Below are positions 1 to 16,822 of a stretch of 24,000 nt of DNA, piece after piece. The notes beneath the pieces are model-generated. The model saw nothing but the letters and a program-made list of their open reading frames with translations, searched no databases and was not told the origin of the DNA. Within the stretch, counting starts at the first letter, position 1, and each line of letters starts with the position of its first letter. Origin of the DNA: Lysobacteraceae bacterium (GTDB lineage Bacteria; Pseudomonadota; Gammaproteobacteria; Xanthomonadales; Ahniellaceae); assembly GCA_002995625.1 (NCBI GenBank), contig PVBP01000013.1, positions 1-24,000 on the forward strand, read 5' to 3'. The position numbers were made by a program, and so were the translations under genes.

Positions 1-1
1 G

Positions 2-535
2 CTCACCGCGCTGCTGGTCGGCGGCCCGACCCGCGCGGTGCCGTATGGCGCGGCGGCGATCGACGCGCTGCTGGCGACGATCGGGCGCTCGCAGGCTGGC
101 GGCAGCCTCGTCGTCACCGCCTCGAGGCGCACGCCGCCCGGGATCATTCGTGGCCTGCGCGCGGGGCTCGAGCGGACCGGCGGCACCCTCTGGGCGGGCG
201 ACGCCGACGGACCGAATCCCTATCCCGCCGTGCTCGGCGCCGCCGACCGGATCGTCGTCACCGCGGATTCGGTCAACATGGCATCGGAGGCCTGCGCCTC
301 CGGCCGGCCGGTCTTCCTCTGCGCGCCCGACGGCGTGCGCGGCAAGCTCGCGCGTTTCCATGCGTCGCTGGTGGCCGGCGGGCACGCACGCTGGCTGACC
401 GCGGCGCCCGAGACCTTCGAGCCGGTGCCGCTGGTCGAGCTGCCGGCGGTCGCCGCCGAAGTCCGGCGGCGATTCCTGGCCTCGCGGCCGGCGCGGGCCG
501 AACGAGCGACCCTCGAAGCGCCCGGCCGGCCGTGA
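2..535 (+). CDS. ELM1/DUF1022 family protein (putative glycosyltransferase-like), 5'-truncated by the window edge
   Basis: The frame is open from the window edge, so the GTG at 38 is internal. The translation LTALLVGGPTRAVPYG...LVVTASRRTPP...GPNPY...IVVTADSVNMASEACASGRPV matches the conserved core I recall for ELM1-family proteins (TASRRTP, NPY, VTADS.NM..EA..G.PV). The stop is TGA at 533-535. Confidence 0.75.
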   Translation, partial: LTALLVGGPTRAVPYGAAAIDALLATIGRSQAGGSLVVTASRRTPPGIIRGLRAGLERTGGTLWAGDADGPNPYPAVLGAADRIVVTADSVNMASEACASGRPVFLCAPDGVRGKLARFHASLVAGGHARWLTAAPETFEPVPLVELPAVAAEVRRRFLASRPARAERATLEAPGRP

Positions 536-536
536 C

Positions 537-2105
<1,569 letters not shown>

Positions 2106-2218
2106 GGGCCCTCCCGAGGGCGTGACGAAACGATGAAGGCTGCGAGTGTACGAATCCCGCGGCGCGGCGCGGAGCGCACCGGGGCCGCGCGGCGCGGCGT
2201 CGGACTGCGGCGCATGGC

Positions 2219-4216
2219 TCAGGCCCCGACCGCGCGGTGCGCCCGCATCGACTCGAACGCGGCGGCGGCCGGCAGCGCGGGCGAGACCAGGAAGCCCTGG
2301 ATCGCCTCGATCCCGCACTCCTCGGCAAACGCGGCCTGGGTCTCGCGCTCGATCCCCTCGGCGACCACGCCGAAGCCGAGGCTGTGCGCGAGCTGCGCGA
2401 GGCCGCGAACCAGCGCCGCGTCGCGCGGGTCGCGGTCGGCGCGGCGCAGGAAGCTCTGGTCGAGCTTGATCGTGTCGACCGGCAGTTCGCGCAGGTGCGC
2501 GACCGACGAGTAGCCGGTGCCGAAGTCGTCGAGGCTGATCCTGACCCCGGCGGCGTGCAGTTCGGCGAGGTTGCGCTTGCAGGTGTTGTAGTCGCCGAGC
2601 GCGGCCGACTCGGTCAGCTCGACCGCGATCTGCGAGGTCGGCAGCGCGCGGGCTTCCAGCGCGTGCAGGACCTCGGTCGCGAGCGTGCGTGACTCGAGGC
2701 TCGCGGCGCTGACGTTGACCGCGATCCGCGGCACCCGGACCCCCTGCTCGCGCCACGCCGAGATCGCGTCGAGCGTCAGCGCCAGCGCCTCGCGATCGAG
2801 CGCGGTCGCGAGGCCGAAGCGTTCGATCGCGTCGAGGAAGCGGTTCGAGCCGATCTGGCCCTCGTCCGGGTGCTGCCAGCGCACCAGCGCCTCGAAACCG
2901 ACCAGCTGGCGCCCGCGGGTCGAGACGATCGGCTGGTACAGCATCTCGAACTCGCGGCGCTCGATCGCCGCGCGCAGCCCGCGCAGGGTCACGACCCGGT
3001 CGGTGCGCTGGGTCGGCGCGTGTTCGGTGTCGACGAGCCGCGCGCCGCCGGCGCGGCGCGCCTGCTCGCAGCCGCTGACCGCGCGGGCCAGCACCGGTGC
3101 GAGGTCCTCGTCGCCGACGAACGCGGCGAGCCCGGCCGAGGCCAGCACGTCGTGCTGCGGCAGCGTCGCGTCGAGCACCGCCTCGATCGCCTGCAGCGCG
3201 GCGCGCGCGAGTTCCCGGACCTTCTCGGCATCGCCGGACAGCACGACCACGAAGCGTTCGCGCTCGAGCTCGGCGACCCGGTCGGCGCCGAAGTCCTGGC
3301 ACAGCCGGTTCGCGATCAACCGCAGGCTGCGCTCGAACCTTGCGCGCGGCACCTGCGCGGCCGCGCGCTCGAGGCCGTCGAGCTCGATCACGACCAGCGC
3401 GCCGACGGTGCCGCGCATCGCCGGCCACAGCTCGTTCAGGCGAACGCGGTTCGCGAGGCCGGTGATCGGGTCGAAGCGCAGCAGCGTGGCGAGGCTGGCC
3501 TGCGCATCCTCGGCGCGCTGGCGCTCGACCTCGAACAGCGAGATCGCGAGCGCGATGCCGGCGATCGCGAATCCGATCAGGTCGAGGGTCATCACCGCCT
3601 CGGTCGAGACCAGCGGCTGCGGCGAATCGGCCGAGGCCAGCATCGCGACGAAGCCGAGCTTGAACAGCCCGAACGCGAACAGCGCGCCGCCGGTGAGGCG
3701 CAGCGCGCCACCGAACAGGAACAGCCGCAGGCCGCAGACGATGTAGGTCGCGCCGAGCAGCACGAACAGCCACGCGAGCCGCCGGACCATCGCGACCTCG
3801 TCGTTGCCGGGCGCGGCGGCGTAGCCGGTCGCGAGCAGCACGCCGAGCAGCGCGGCACCGCCGACCACGCCGATCTCGAGCACGCGGGACGGTCCGCGGT
3901 CCTCCCGGATCCACAGGGTGCCGAGCACCAGCCACGCCATCTGCGCGTGGGCCGCGCCGAGCGCCAGCGCCATCGCGACGAAGCGGCCGGGCTCGTCGAC
4001 GGCGGCGCCGCTGGTCGCGAGCGCGAACGACCAGCCGGCGCCGATCACGTAGACCAGCATCGCGCCGAAACTCGCCGCCCACAGGCGGAAATGCGGCCGC
4101 GGCTGGCCGCGCCAGTGATACGCGAACAGCACGCACAGGAAGGCCGCGACCAGCGCCTGGCCGATCGTGGTCAGGGCGATGAAGGTCAGCTCGGGCGTGC
4201 TGGCGGGGTCGATCAT
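2219..4216 (-). CDS. Membrane-anchored c-di-GMP phosphodiesterase: polytopic N-terminal domain, degenerate GGDEF and intact EAL
   Basis: The ORF is 665 aa, with GGAG 6 nt upstream of the ATG. About 230 aa at the N terminus contain multiple hydrophobic helices. The GGDEF-like region begins DPITGLANR, but the signature reads ERERF instead of GG(D/E)EF and the DxFK / GHxxGD elements are missing. The EAL motifs are present: EMLYQPIV, ELTE, DDFGTGYSS, KLD, EGIE and QGF. Confidence 0.85.
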   Translation of the reverse strand: MIDPASTPELTFIALTTIGQALVAAFLCVLFAYHWRGQPRPHFRLWAASFGAMLVYVIGAGWSFALATSGAAVDEPGRFVAMALALGAAHAQMAWLVLGTLWIREDRGPSRVLEIGVVGGAALLGVLLATGYAAAPGNDEVAMVRRLAWLFVLLGATYIVCGLRLFLFGGALRLTGGALFAFGLFKLGFVAMLASADSPQPLVSTEAVMTLDLIGFAIAGIALAISLFEVERQRAEDAQASLATLLRFDPITGLANRVRLNELWPAMRGTVGALVVIELDGLERAAAQVPRARFERSLRLIANRLCQDFGADRVAELERERFVVVLSGDAEKVRELARAALQAIEAVLDATLPQHDVLASAGLAAFVGDEDLAPVLARAVSGCEQARRAGGARLVDTEHAPTQRTDRVVTLRGLRAAIERREFEMLYQPIVSTRGRQLVGFEALVRWQHPDEGQIGSNRFLDAIERFGLATALDREALALTLDAISAWREQGVRVPRIAVNVSAASLESRTLATEVLHALEARALPTSQIAVELTESAALGDYNTCKRNLAELHAAGVRISLDDFGTGYSSVAHLRELPVDTIKLDQSFLRRADRDPRDAALVRGLAQLAHSLGFGVVAEGIERETQAAFAEECGIEAIQGFLVSPALPAAAAFESMRAHRAVGA

Positions 4217-4264
4217 CCGGTGCTCCGGCGAAACTCGCGTGGCCGCGACGAACCGCTCGGCACG

Positions 4265-7200
4265 TCAGCGCCGCTCGAAGCCCTGCTGGCCGCGGATCTT
4301 CGGCGCCGGGACGCCGCGCGGCTGGCGCTTCTCGGGCGGCTTGACCTTGAACGCCAACTCCGCGGCGTCCGCGCCCTGCGAGAGCTCGATCCGGTAGTCG
4401 CCCGGCAGCGCCATCAGCCGATGGCCGAGGCGGACCGATTCGGCGACCGGGGTCTTCGAGCGGTTCGGACTCGCGCGCTCGGCCTCGGGCAGCTTCGCGA
4501 GCCTGGCCTGCTCGGCCGCGAGCGCGAGTTCGCGGTCGACGAACAGGTCCCAGCGCCAGCTGTTGATGCCGCGCCGCGCCTGCTGGCGCGTGGCAAGGAC
4601 GGGGTTGCCGTCGCCATCGAGCACCCGGATCGAGACCTCGCCGTCGCGCGCCGCCCAGTACGGCACCGTGAGGTTCGGGGAGTCGGCACGGAAGCGTCCG
4701 CGCGCGGATTCCGGATGCGCCCAGGCCGGCTCGAGGAACAGCGGGTCGAAGGGATCGCCGCGATGCCAGCGTGGCGGGCGCGAGCGCCAGTTGCGGCTCG
4801 CCTGGACGTCCTCGACCGGGAACGCATGCAGCGCCTTCGCGCGCACCGCCGGCGTCAGCTCCTGGATCGGCAGCACGTCGGCGACCCAGACGCTGCGGCC
4901 GTGCGTGCCGATCACGAGCTCGCGCTCGCGCGGGTGCACGACCATGTCGTGCACCGGCGACGGCGGCAGGCCCTGCTGGAACGACGCCCAGCTCGCGCCG
5001 CGGTCGAGCGAGACGTAGACGCCCTTGTGCGTGCCGACGTAGAGCACCTCGGGATTGACCGGGTCCTCGCGGACCACGTTGACCGGTTCGGCCGGCAGGC
5101 CGCGGGACAGGCTCCGCCAGCTGCGGCCGAGGTCCTCGGTGACGAAGACGTGGGCGTCGATGCGGTCGTCGCGGTACGGGGTCAGCGAGACATAGGCACG
5201 GTCCCGCTCGTGGGCCGAGGCGTGGACGCGGCTGACCCACGCGCGCGGCAGTCCACGCGAGACGTTGCGCCACGTCGCGCCGCCGTCGGCCGTCACCTGG
5301 ACGTTGCCGTCGTCGGTCCCGGCCCAGACGAGGCCGAAGGCGAGCGGCGATTCGGACAGCGTCGTGATCGTCGCGAACGGCGTGTCGCCGCGCTCGCGGG
5401 CGGTGCTGAGATCGGGGCTGATCGGCTTCAGCGTGCGCCCGCCGTCGAAGGCGCGGAACACGCGGTTGGCGCCGAAGTAGACGATGTCCGGGTTGTGCGG
5501 CGACTTGATCACCGGCGTCTGCCAGTTGAAGCGCAGCGGCGGCTCGCCGAAGGCCGGCCGCGGCCGCACCTCGCCGGCGTTCGTGCCGGAGCGGGAATAG
5601 AAGCCGAACTGGAAGCCGGTGATGAGGTTCCGGTTGTCGGTCGGATCGACCGCGATGTACATGCCGTCTCCGCCGCCGATGAACTGCCAGTCGTCGCCGC
5701 GGTCGGGGCGGGCGCGCGAGCTGCCGCGCAGCGTGCCGTTGTCCTGGGTGCCGGCATAGACGTTGTACGGATCGGCCATGTCGACCGCGACCGCGTAGAC
5801 CTGCGCGACCGGCTGCGCGTCCATCCGCTGCCAGGTGGCGCCGCCGTCGTAGGTGACGTCGACGCCGCCGTCGTTGCCGAGGATGATCCGGCGCGGGTTC
5901 GCGGGGTCGATCCAGATCGCGTGGTGGTCGACGTGCACGCTCTGGCCCTCGAATCGCGACCAACTGCGGCCGCCGTCGGCGCTGGTGATGACCGGCACCC
6001 CCAGCGCGAACACGCGCTCTGGATCGTCGGGCATCACCTTGATCTCGCCGAAGTAGAAGCCGTAGGTGAAGGTCACGTCGCGCAGCGGCTCCGCGTGCGT
6101 GCGCCGCCAGGTCGCGCCGGCGTCGTCGCTGCGGTAGACCTCGAGTCCGCGGTGGTCGGCCTCGAACAGCGCGGCGTTGGCGTCGCGCAGGCGCTCGGCG
6201 ATGCCGGCCGGGGTGATCTCGTTGCGCTCGACCATCGCGATCAGGCGCTCGGCGTCGAGCGAATCGTCGAGGTCGCTCGCGCGGATGAAGCCCTCGATCT
6301 CGTCCGGGTCCTGGCGCAGGAACTCCTCGCGGCTCATCGTGCGCAGCGTGCGCGCCGAGATCGGCCGGTCGCCGAGGTCCTGCTGGTCGGGCGGCGCCGG
6401 GTCGAAGTTGTCGACGCTGGCGTAGAGCGTGTCCGGGCGGCTCGGCGCGATCGCGATCCCGACCCGGCCCATGTTCGGACCGTACGGCAGGCCGGCGGTG
6501 AGCTTCGTCCAGGTGTCGCCGCCGTCGGTCGACTTCCAGATGCCGGTGCCGGGCCCGCCCTCGCGGAACTCCCACGGCCGGCGCAGGCGGTCCCACATCG
6601 CGGCGTAGACCACGTCCGGATCGCGCGGATCGAGCACCAGGTCGCTCGCGCCGGTGGTGTCGTTGGCGCCCTTCAGCACGTGCGTCCAGGTCCGGCCTCC
6701 GTCATCGGTGCGGAACACGCCGCGCGGTCCGCCCGGCGTCCACAGCCGCCCGATCGCGGCGACGAAGACGCGGTCCGGGCGGGTCGGGTCGATCCGCACG
6801 CGCGCGATGCGATCGACCTCGTCGAGCCCCGCGTGCTGCCAGGTCCTGCCGCCATCCGCGGAGCGGAAGACGCCCATCCCGCCATAGGAGCTTCGGGAGG
6901 AGTTCGGCTCGCCGGTGCCGTACCAGACGACCTCCGGACGGGTCGGATCGACCGCGAGATCGCCCGAGATCGAGGTCGGCAGGGTGTCCGAGACCGGCTC
7001 GAAGGTCGTGCCGTTGTTGGTCGTCTTCCAGAGCCCCCCGGAGGCGTAGGCGACGTAGAAGCCGTAGGGATCGCCCGGGATCGGCTCGACGTCGACGACG
7101 CGGCCGCCCTGGATCACCGGGCCGATGTTGCGCCACGCGAGGCCGTGGAACGGCGATTCACGATCGAGTCGCTGGTGCTCGGCCCAGGCGGCCCAGCGGT

Positions 7201-7303
7201 CGGCGGCGGTCGCGGGACCGTCCTTCGCATCCGCCATCGCTCCGATCAGCAGGCAAGCGCCCGCCACGGCGACCCGCGCGCCCCAGCATCCCGATCCGGC
7301 CAT
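4265..7303 (-). CDS. Secreted Asp-box (BNR) repeat beta-propeller protein, sortilin/VPS10-like or GH74-like, 1012 aa
   Basis: I chose the in-frame ATG (plus-strand cat at 7301-7303), which has GGAGG 7 nt upstream on the mRNA. The rest of track ORF 4265..8176 is read-through. The N terminus MAGSGCWGARVAVAGACLLIGAMADA looks like a signal peptide. There are about ten SxDxGxTW-type Asp boxes (SADGGRTW, TDDGGRTW, STDGGDTW, SDDAGATW, SADGGRSW, TYDGGATW, TADGGATW, TEDLGRSW, SLDRGASW). Confidence 0.8.
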   Translation of the reverse strand: MAGSGCWGARVAVAGACLLIGAMADAKDGPATAADRWAAWAEHQRLDRESPFHGLAWRNIGPVIQGGRVVDVEPIPGDPYGFYVAYASGGLWKTTNNGTTFEPVSDTLPTSISGDLAVDPTRPEVVWYGTGEPNSSRSSYGGMGVFRSADGGRTWQHAGLDEVDRIARVRIDPTRPDRVFVAAIGRLWTPGGPRGVFRTDDGGRTWTHVLKGANDTTGASDLVLDPRDPDVVYAAMWDRLRRPWEFREGGPGTGIWKSTDGGDTWTKLTAGLPYGPNMGRVGIAIAPSRPDTLYASVDNFDPAPPDQQDLGDRPISARTLRTMSREEFLRQDPDEIEGFIRASDLDDSLDAERLIAMVERNEITPAGIAERLRDANAALFEADHRGLEVYRSDDAGATWRRTHAEPLRDVTFTYGFYFGEIKVMPDDPERVFALGVPVITSADGGRSWSRFEGQSVHVDHHAIWIDPANPRRIILGNDGGVDVTYDGGATWQRMDAQPVAQVYAVAVDMADPYNVYAGTQDNGTLRGSSRARPDRGDDWQFIGGGDGMYIAVDPTDNRNLITGFQFGFYSRSGTNAGEVRPRPAFGEPPLRFNWQTPVIKSPHNPDIVYFGANRVFRAFDGGRTLKPISPDLSTARERGDTPFATITTLSESPLAFGLVWAGTDDGNVQVTADGGATWRNVSRGLPRAWVSRVHASAHERDRAYVSLTPYRDDRIDAHVFVTEDLGRSWRSLSRGLPAEPVNVVREDPVNPEVLYVGTHKGVYVSLDRGASWASFQQGLPPSPVHDMVVHPRERELVIGTHGRSVWVADVLPIQELTPAVRAKALHAFPVEDVQASRNWRSRPPRWHRGDPFDPLFLEPAWAHPESARGRFRADSPNLTVPYWAARDGEVSIRVLDGDGNPVLATRQQARRGINSWRWDLFVDRELALAAEQARLAKLPEAERASPNRSKTPVAESVRLGHRLMALPGDYRIELSQGADAAELAFKVKPPEKRQPRGVPAPKIRGQQGFERR

Positions 7304-7441
7304 CGACTCCCCTCCTTCGATCGTCGCGCGAAGATAACCGCTCCGGCGCGGCCGCGCCCGTCCGGCGCGACCTGCGCTCGTCGCATCCGGGCTAGACTCC
7401 CCGGGCACGTCGGGCGCGAGCCCGCCAGCCTGCGCAGGGCG

Positions 7442-10499
<3,058 letters not shown>

Positions 10500-10581
10500 T
10501 CGCGTTGCGTTCGCGCGCGGACCGCGTCCCGCCCCGGCGGGGCGCGGCCGCCGGGCCGCGCAACCGACCTGGAGTCACGCC

Positions 10582-11052
10582 ATGACCCTCAACGCCACCT
10601 TCATCGGCCAGTTCATCGCGTTCGCGATCCTGATCTGGTTCTCGTACCGGTTCGTGTGGCCGCCGCTGGTCCTCGCGATCGAGGAGCGGCAGAAGAAGAT
10701 CGCCGACGGCCTCGCCGCCGCCGACCGTGCCCGCAAGGAGCTCGCGGACGCCGACGCGCGCGTCGCCGACGAGATCCGCAAGGCCCGCGTCGAAGCCAGC
10801 GCGATCGCCGACCGCGCCCAGAAGCAGGCGGTCGAGATCATCGAGAAGGCCAAGCAGGACGCGATCGCCGAAGCGGCGCGCCAGCGCGCCGCCGCCGAGG
10901 CCGAGATCGAGAACCTGAGCTTCAAGGCGCGCGAGATCCTGCGCCAGCAGGTCGCCGAGCTCGCGGTCAAGGGCGCGGAGAAGATCCTCGCCCGCGAGAT
11001 CGACGCCGCCCGCCACCGCGACCTGCTCGACGCCCTCGCGAAAGAGATCTGA
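10582..11052 (+). CDS. atpF: F0F1 ATP synthase subunit b
   Basis: GGAG lies 7 nt upstream. There is a single N-terminal TM helix followed by a long charged Ala/Glu/Lys/Arg helix. Operon position fits. Confidence 0.92.
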   Translation: MTLNATFIGQFIAFAILIWFSYRFVWPPLVLAIEERQKKIADGLAAADRARKELADADARVADEIRKARVEASAIADRAQKQAVEIIEKAKQDAIAEAARQRAAAEAEIENLSFKAREILRQQVAELAVKGAEKILAREIDAARHRDLLDALAKEI

Positions 11053-11055
11053 CCG

Positions 11056-11592
11056 ATGGCCACCAGCAGCCTGACGATGGCCCGACCCTACGCCCGCGCG
11101 GCCTTCGAGACCGCCCGGGACACGGGGACCCTGGCCGAGTGGGATCGCGCGCTCGCGTTCGCGGCGGCCGCGGCCAGCGTGCCGGAGGCCGCGCGCGCGC
11201 TCGGCAATCCGCGGCTCGCGGCCGCGGACCTCGTCTCGCTCCTGCTGCCGCCGGGCACCAGCGCCGACGCGCCGTTCGGGCGCTTCGTCGCGATGCTCGC
11301 CGAGAACCGCCGGATCGCATTGCTCCCCGAGATCGCCGGGCTCTACGCGGCGCTGCGCCGCGAGCACGAGGGCGTGGTCCGCGCCGTCGTCACCAGCGCG
11401 GTGCCGCTCGACGAGTCGCAGCGCGCCGCGATGGCGGCCGCGCTCGAGCGCCGTTTCGGCCGCCGCATCGAGATCGAGACCGCGGTCGACCCGTCGCTGA
11501 TCGGCGGCGCGGTTGTGACGGCCGGCGAGCTCGTGATCGACGGTTCGGTTCGCAACCGCCTGAGGCAGCTGCGCGACGCGCTGACGGCATGA
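11056..11592 (+). CDS. atpH: F0F1 ATP synthase subunit delta
   Basis: It starts 3 nt after the atpF stop. The 178-aa protein has an OSCP/delta-like sequence (ARPYARAAFE...LIGGAVV..G..VIDGSVR..L..L). Confidence 0.9.
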   Translation: MATSSLTMARPYARAAFETARDTGTLAEWDRALAFAAAAASVPEAARALGNPRLAAADLVSLLLPPGTSADAPFGRFVAMLAENRRIALLPEIAGLYAALRREHEGVVRAVVTSAVPLDESQRAAMAAALERRFGRRIEIETAVDPSLIGGAVVTAGELVIDGSVRNRLRQLRDALTA

Positions 11593-11595
11593 CGA

Positions 11596-11623
11596 GGCGA
11601 ATGGCGAATGGCGACTAGCGACT
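11596..11623 (+). repeat. Four tandem heptamers GGCGAAT GGCGAAT GGCGACT AGCGACT
   Basis: Read directly from the sequence, 4 nt after the atpH stop codon. Confidence 0.8.
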
Positions 11624-11751
11624 AGGAGCACGGCCCTTCCGTCCGAACTCGGAATCGAGGCCTCCGATTCGCGCCCGCCCCGAGCCATCTGCCGTCCACA
11701 GGATTCATTGACAGGCGCCGCGACCCGGCGCCGACTACGGGAAACCCAGCC

Positions 11752-13299
<1,548 letters not shown>

Positions 13300-13305
13300 C
13301 GTGAC

Positions 13306-13373
13306 GGCGGGCCGTCGGCCCGCCACGAAGGACGCCCGGTTCGCCGGGGACGCGCAGCGGGGCTCGCCCCGCT
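13306..13373 (+). promoter_or_regulatory. Three consecutive GC hairpins in the atpA-atpG spacer (function unassigned)
   Basis: The three hairpins are GGCGGGCC-gtc-GGCCCGCC (13306-13324), CCCGG-ttcg-CCGGG (13335-13348) and AGCGGGG-ctcg-CCCCGCT (13356-13373). All were read directly from the sequence. Confidence 0.55.
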
Positions 13374-13415
13374 CCGAGGCAGGTGGAGCGGCCGAACGCT
13401 CCCGAGGGATTCGAG

Positions 13416-15747
<2,332 letters not shown>

Positions 15748-15799
15748 TCGGCGACATGAAGGCCGTCCGGCGGGAGCTGGCCGGCCGCGACGAATCCAC

Positions 15800-15849
15800 G
15801 GCGGGCTGCGGCCCGTCTGAGCGACTCGAGGGCGGGCCCCGGCCCGCCC
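15800..15849 (+). promoter_or_regulatory. Two GC hairpins with a GGCGGGC left arm in the atpD-atpC spacer (function unassigned)
   Basis: The hairpins are GGCGGGC-tgcg-GCCCGTC (15800-15817, one G.U pair) and GGGCGGGC-cccg-GCCCGCCC (15830-15849). Both were read directly from the sequence. Confidence 0.55.
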
Positions 15850-15868
15850 CCGGACACCCGGAGTGACC

Positions 15869-16291
15869 ATGACCACCATCCGCTGCGACATCGTCAGCGC
15901 CGAAGCCGAGATCTTCCACGGCGAGGCCACGCTCATCGTCGCGACCGGCGAGCAGGGCGAGCTCGGCATCGCGCCGCGCCACGCGCCGCTGATCACGCGG
16001 CTCAAGCCCGGCAAGGTGGTCGTGACCCAGCCCGACGGCACCGTGCTCGACTTCGCGATCTCGGGCGGCATCCTCGAGGTCCAGCCGCAGGTCGTCACGG
16101 TCCTCGCCGACACCGCGGTGCGCGCCGACGACATCGACGAGGCGAAGGTCCGCGCGGCGATGGAGGAGGCGAAGCGGGCGCTCGAGCACAAGGACCCGAA
16201 GATGAGCGCCGAGGAGGCGCAGGCGCAGCTCGCGATGAGCCTCGCCCAGCTGAGCGCGCTCGAGCGTCTGCGCAAGAACCTCCAGCACTGA
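15869..16291 (+). CDS. atpC: F0F1 ATP synthase subunit epsilon
   Basis: ATG 15869 has GGAG 6 nt upstream. The GTG at 15863 is the alternative start. [20 protein letters not shown] matches the epsilon N-terminal pattern. The product is 140 aa. Confidence 0.9.
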   Translation: MTTIRCDIVSAEAEIFHGEATLIVATGEQGELGIAPRHAPLITRLKPGKVVVTQPDGTVLDFAISGGILEVQPQVVTVLADTAVRADDIDEAKVRAAMEEAKRALEHKDPKMSAEEAQAQLAMSLAQLSALERLRKNLQH

Positions 16292-16299
16292 GGACGCAC

Positions 16300-16322
16300 G
16301 CGCCGCCCGCGGCATGCGGCGC
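16300..16322 (+). terminator. Candidate stem-loop downstream of atpC (weak terminator candidate)
   Basis: GCGCCGC (16300-16306) pairs with GCGGCGC (16316-16322) across a 9-nt loop, starting 9 nt after the atpC stop. No U-tract follows, so this is not a canonical intrinsic terminator. Confidence 0.25.
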
Positions 16323-16405
16323 CGGCACGTCCGCCGGGTCGGCGCGCTGCGGGATCGGCCCGAGATTGAACGCAACCCGCGGACGATGGCGCCGCCGCCC
16401 GGCCC

Positions 16406-16822
16406 TCACTCGCCGATGATCTTCACCAGCACGCGCTTGCGCCGCTGACCGTCGAACTCGCCATAGAAGATCTGCTCCCACGGCCCGAAGTCGAGCCGGC
16501 CGGCCGTCACCGCGACGACGACCTCGCGCCCCATGATCTGGCGCTTCAGGTGCGCGTCGGCGTTGTCCTCGCCGGTGCGGTTGTGCTGCCAGCGGTCGCG
16601 GTCGTAGGGGACCAGTTCCGCCAGCCAGCGCTCGAAATCGCGGTGCAGCCCGCGTTCGTCGTCGTTGATGAAGACCGACGCCGAGATGTGCATTGCATTG
16701 ACCAGGCACAGGCCCTCGCGGATGCCGCTCCGACGGAGTGCCGCCTCGACTTCGGGCGTGAGGTTGACGAACGCGACGCGGGTCGGCGTCTCGAGCGTGA
16801 GCTCGTGGCGGAAATGCTTCAT
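16406..16822 (-). CDS. yjbQ: YjbQ/UPF0047 family protein (secondary thiamine-phosphate synthase family)
   Basis: The ORF is 138 aa with GGAG 6 nt upstream. The pattern [12 protein letters not shown]...[13 protein letters not shown]...[18 protein letters not shown]...R.VLVKIIGE parallels E. coli YjbQ (HTSASL..NE, H.K....G, G.WQ.I, ..GE terminus). Confidence 0.8.
   Translation of the reverse strand: MKHFRHELTLETPTRVAFVNLTPEVEAALRRSGIREGLCLVNAMHISASVFINDDERGLHRDFERWLAELVPYDRDRWQHNRTGEDNADAHLKRQIMGREVVVAVTAGRLDFGPWEQIFYGEFDGQRRKRVLVKIIGE

Noticed and set aside
2108-2121. The GCCCTC-cc-GAGGGC palindrome overlapping the abgT Shine-Dalgarno, as an RBS-sequestering switch
   Set aside because: Once a sterically possible loop is allowed, the stem is only 5 bp. 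I found no alternative pairing partner or upstream leader structure. This is probably just the SD (GGGAGGG) next to a chance complement.
15756-15866. A 36-codon ORF ([36 protein letters not shown]) fills the atpD-atpC spacer and stops 3 nt before the atpC ATG
   Set aside because: Its GC pattern (third > first > second position) is mildly coding-like and the placement suggests translational coupling. However, it has no Shine-Dalgarno and about half of it is made of the two palindromic hairpins, which by themselves generate Gly/Pro/Arg codons. It has no recognisable similarity to known proteins. I cannot exclude it without conservation or ribosome-profiling data.
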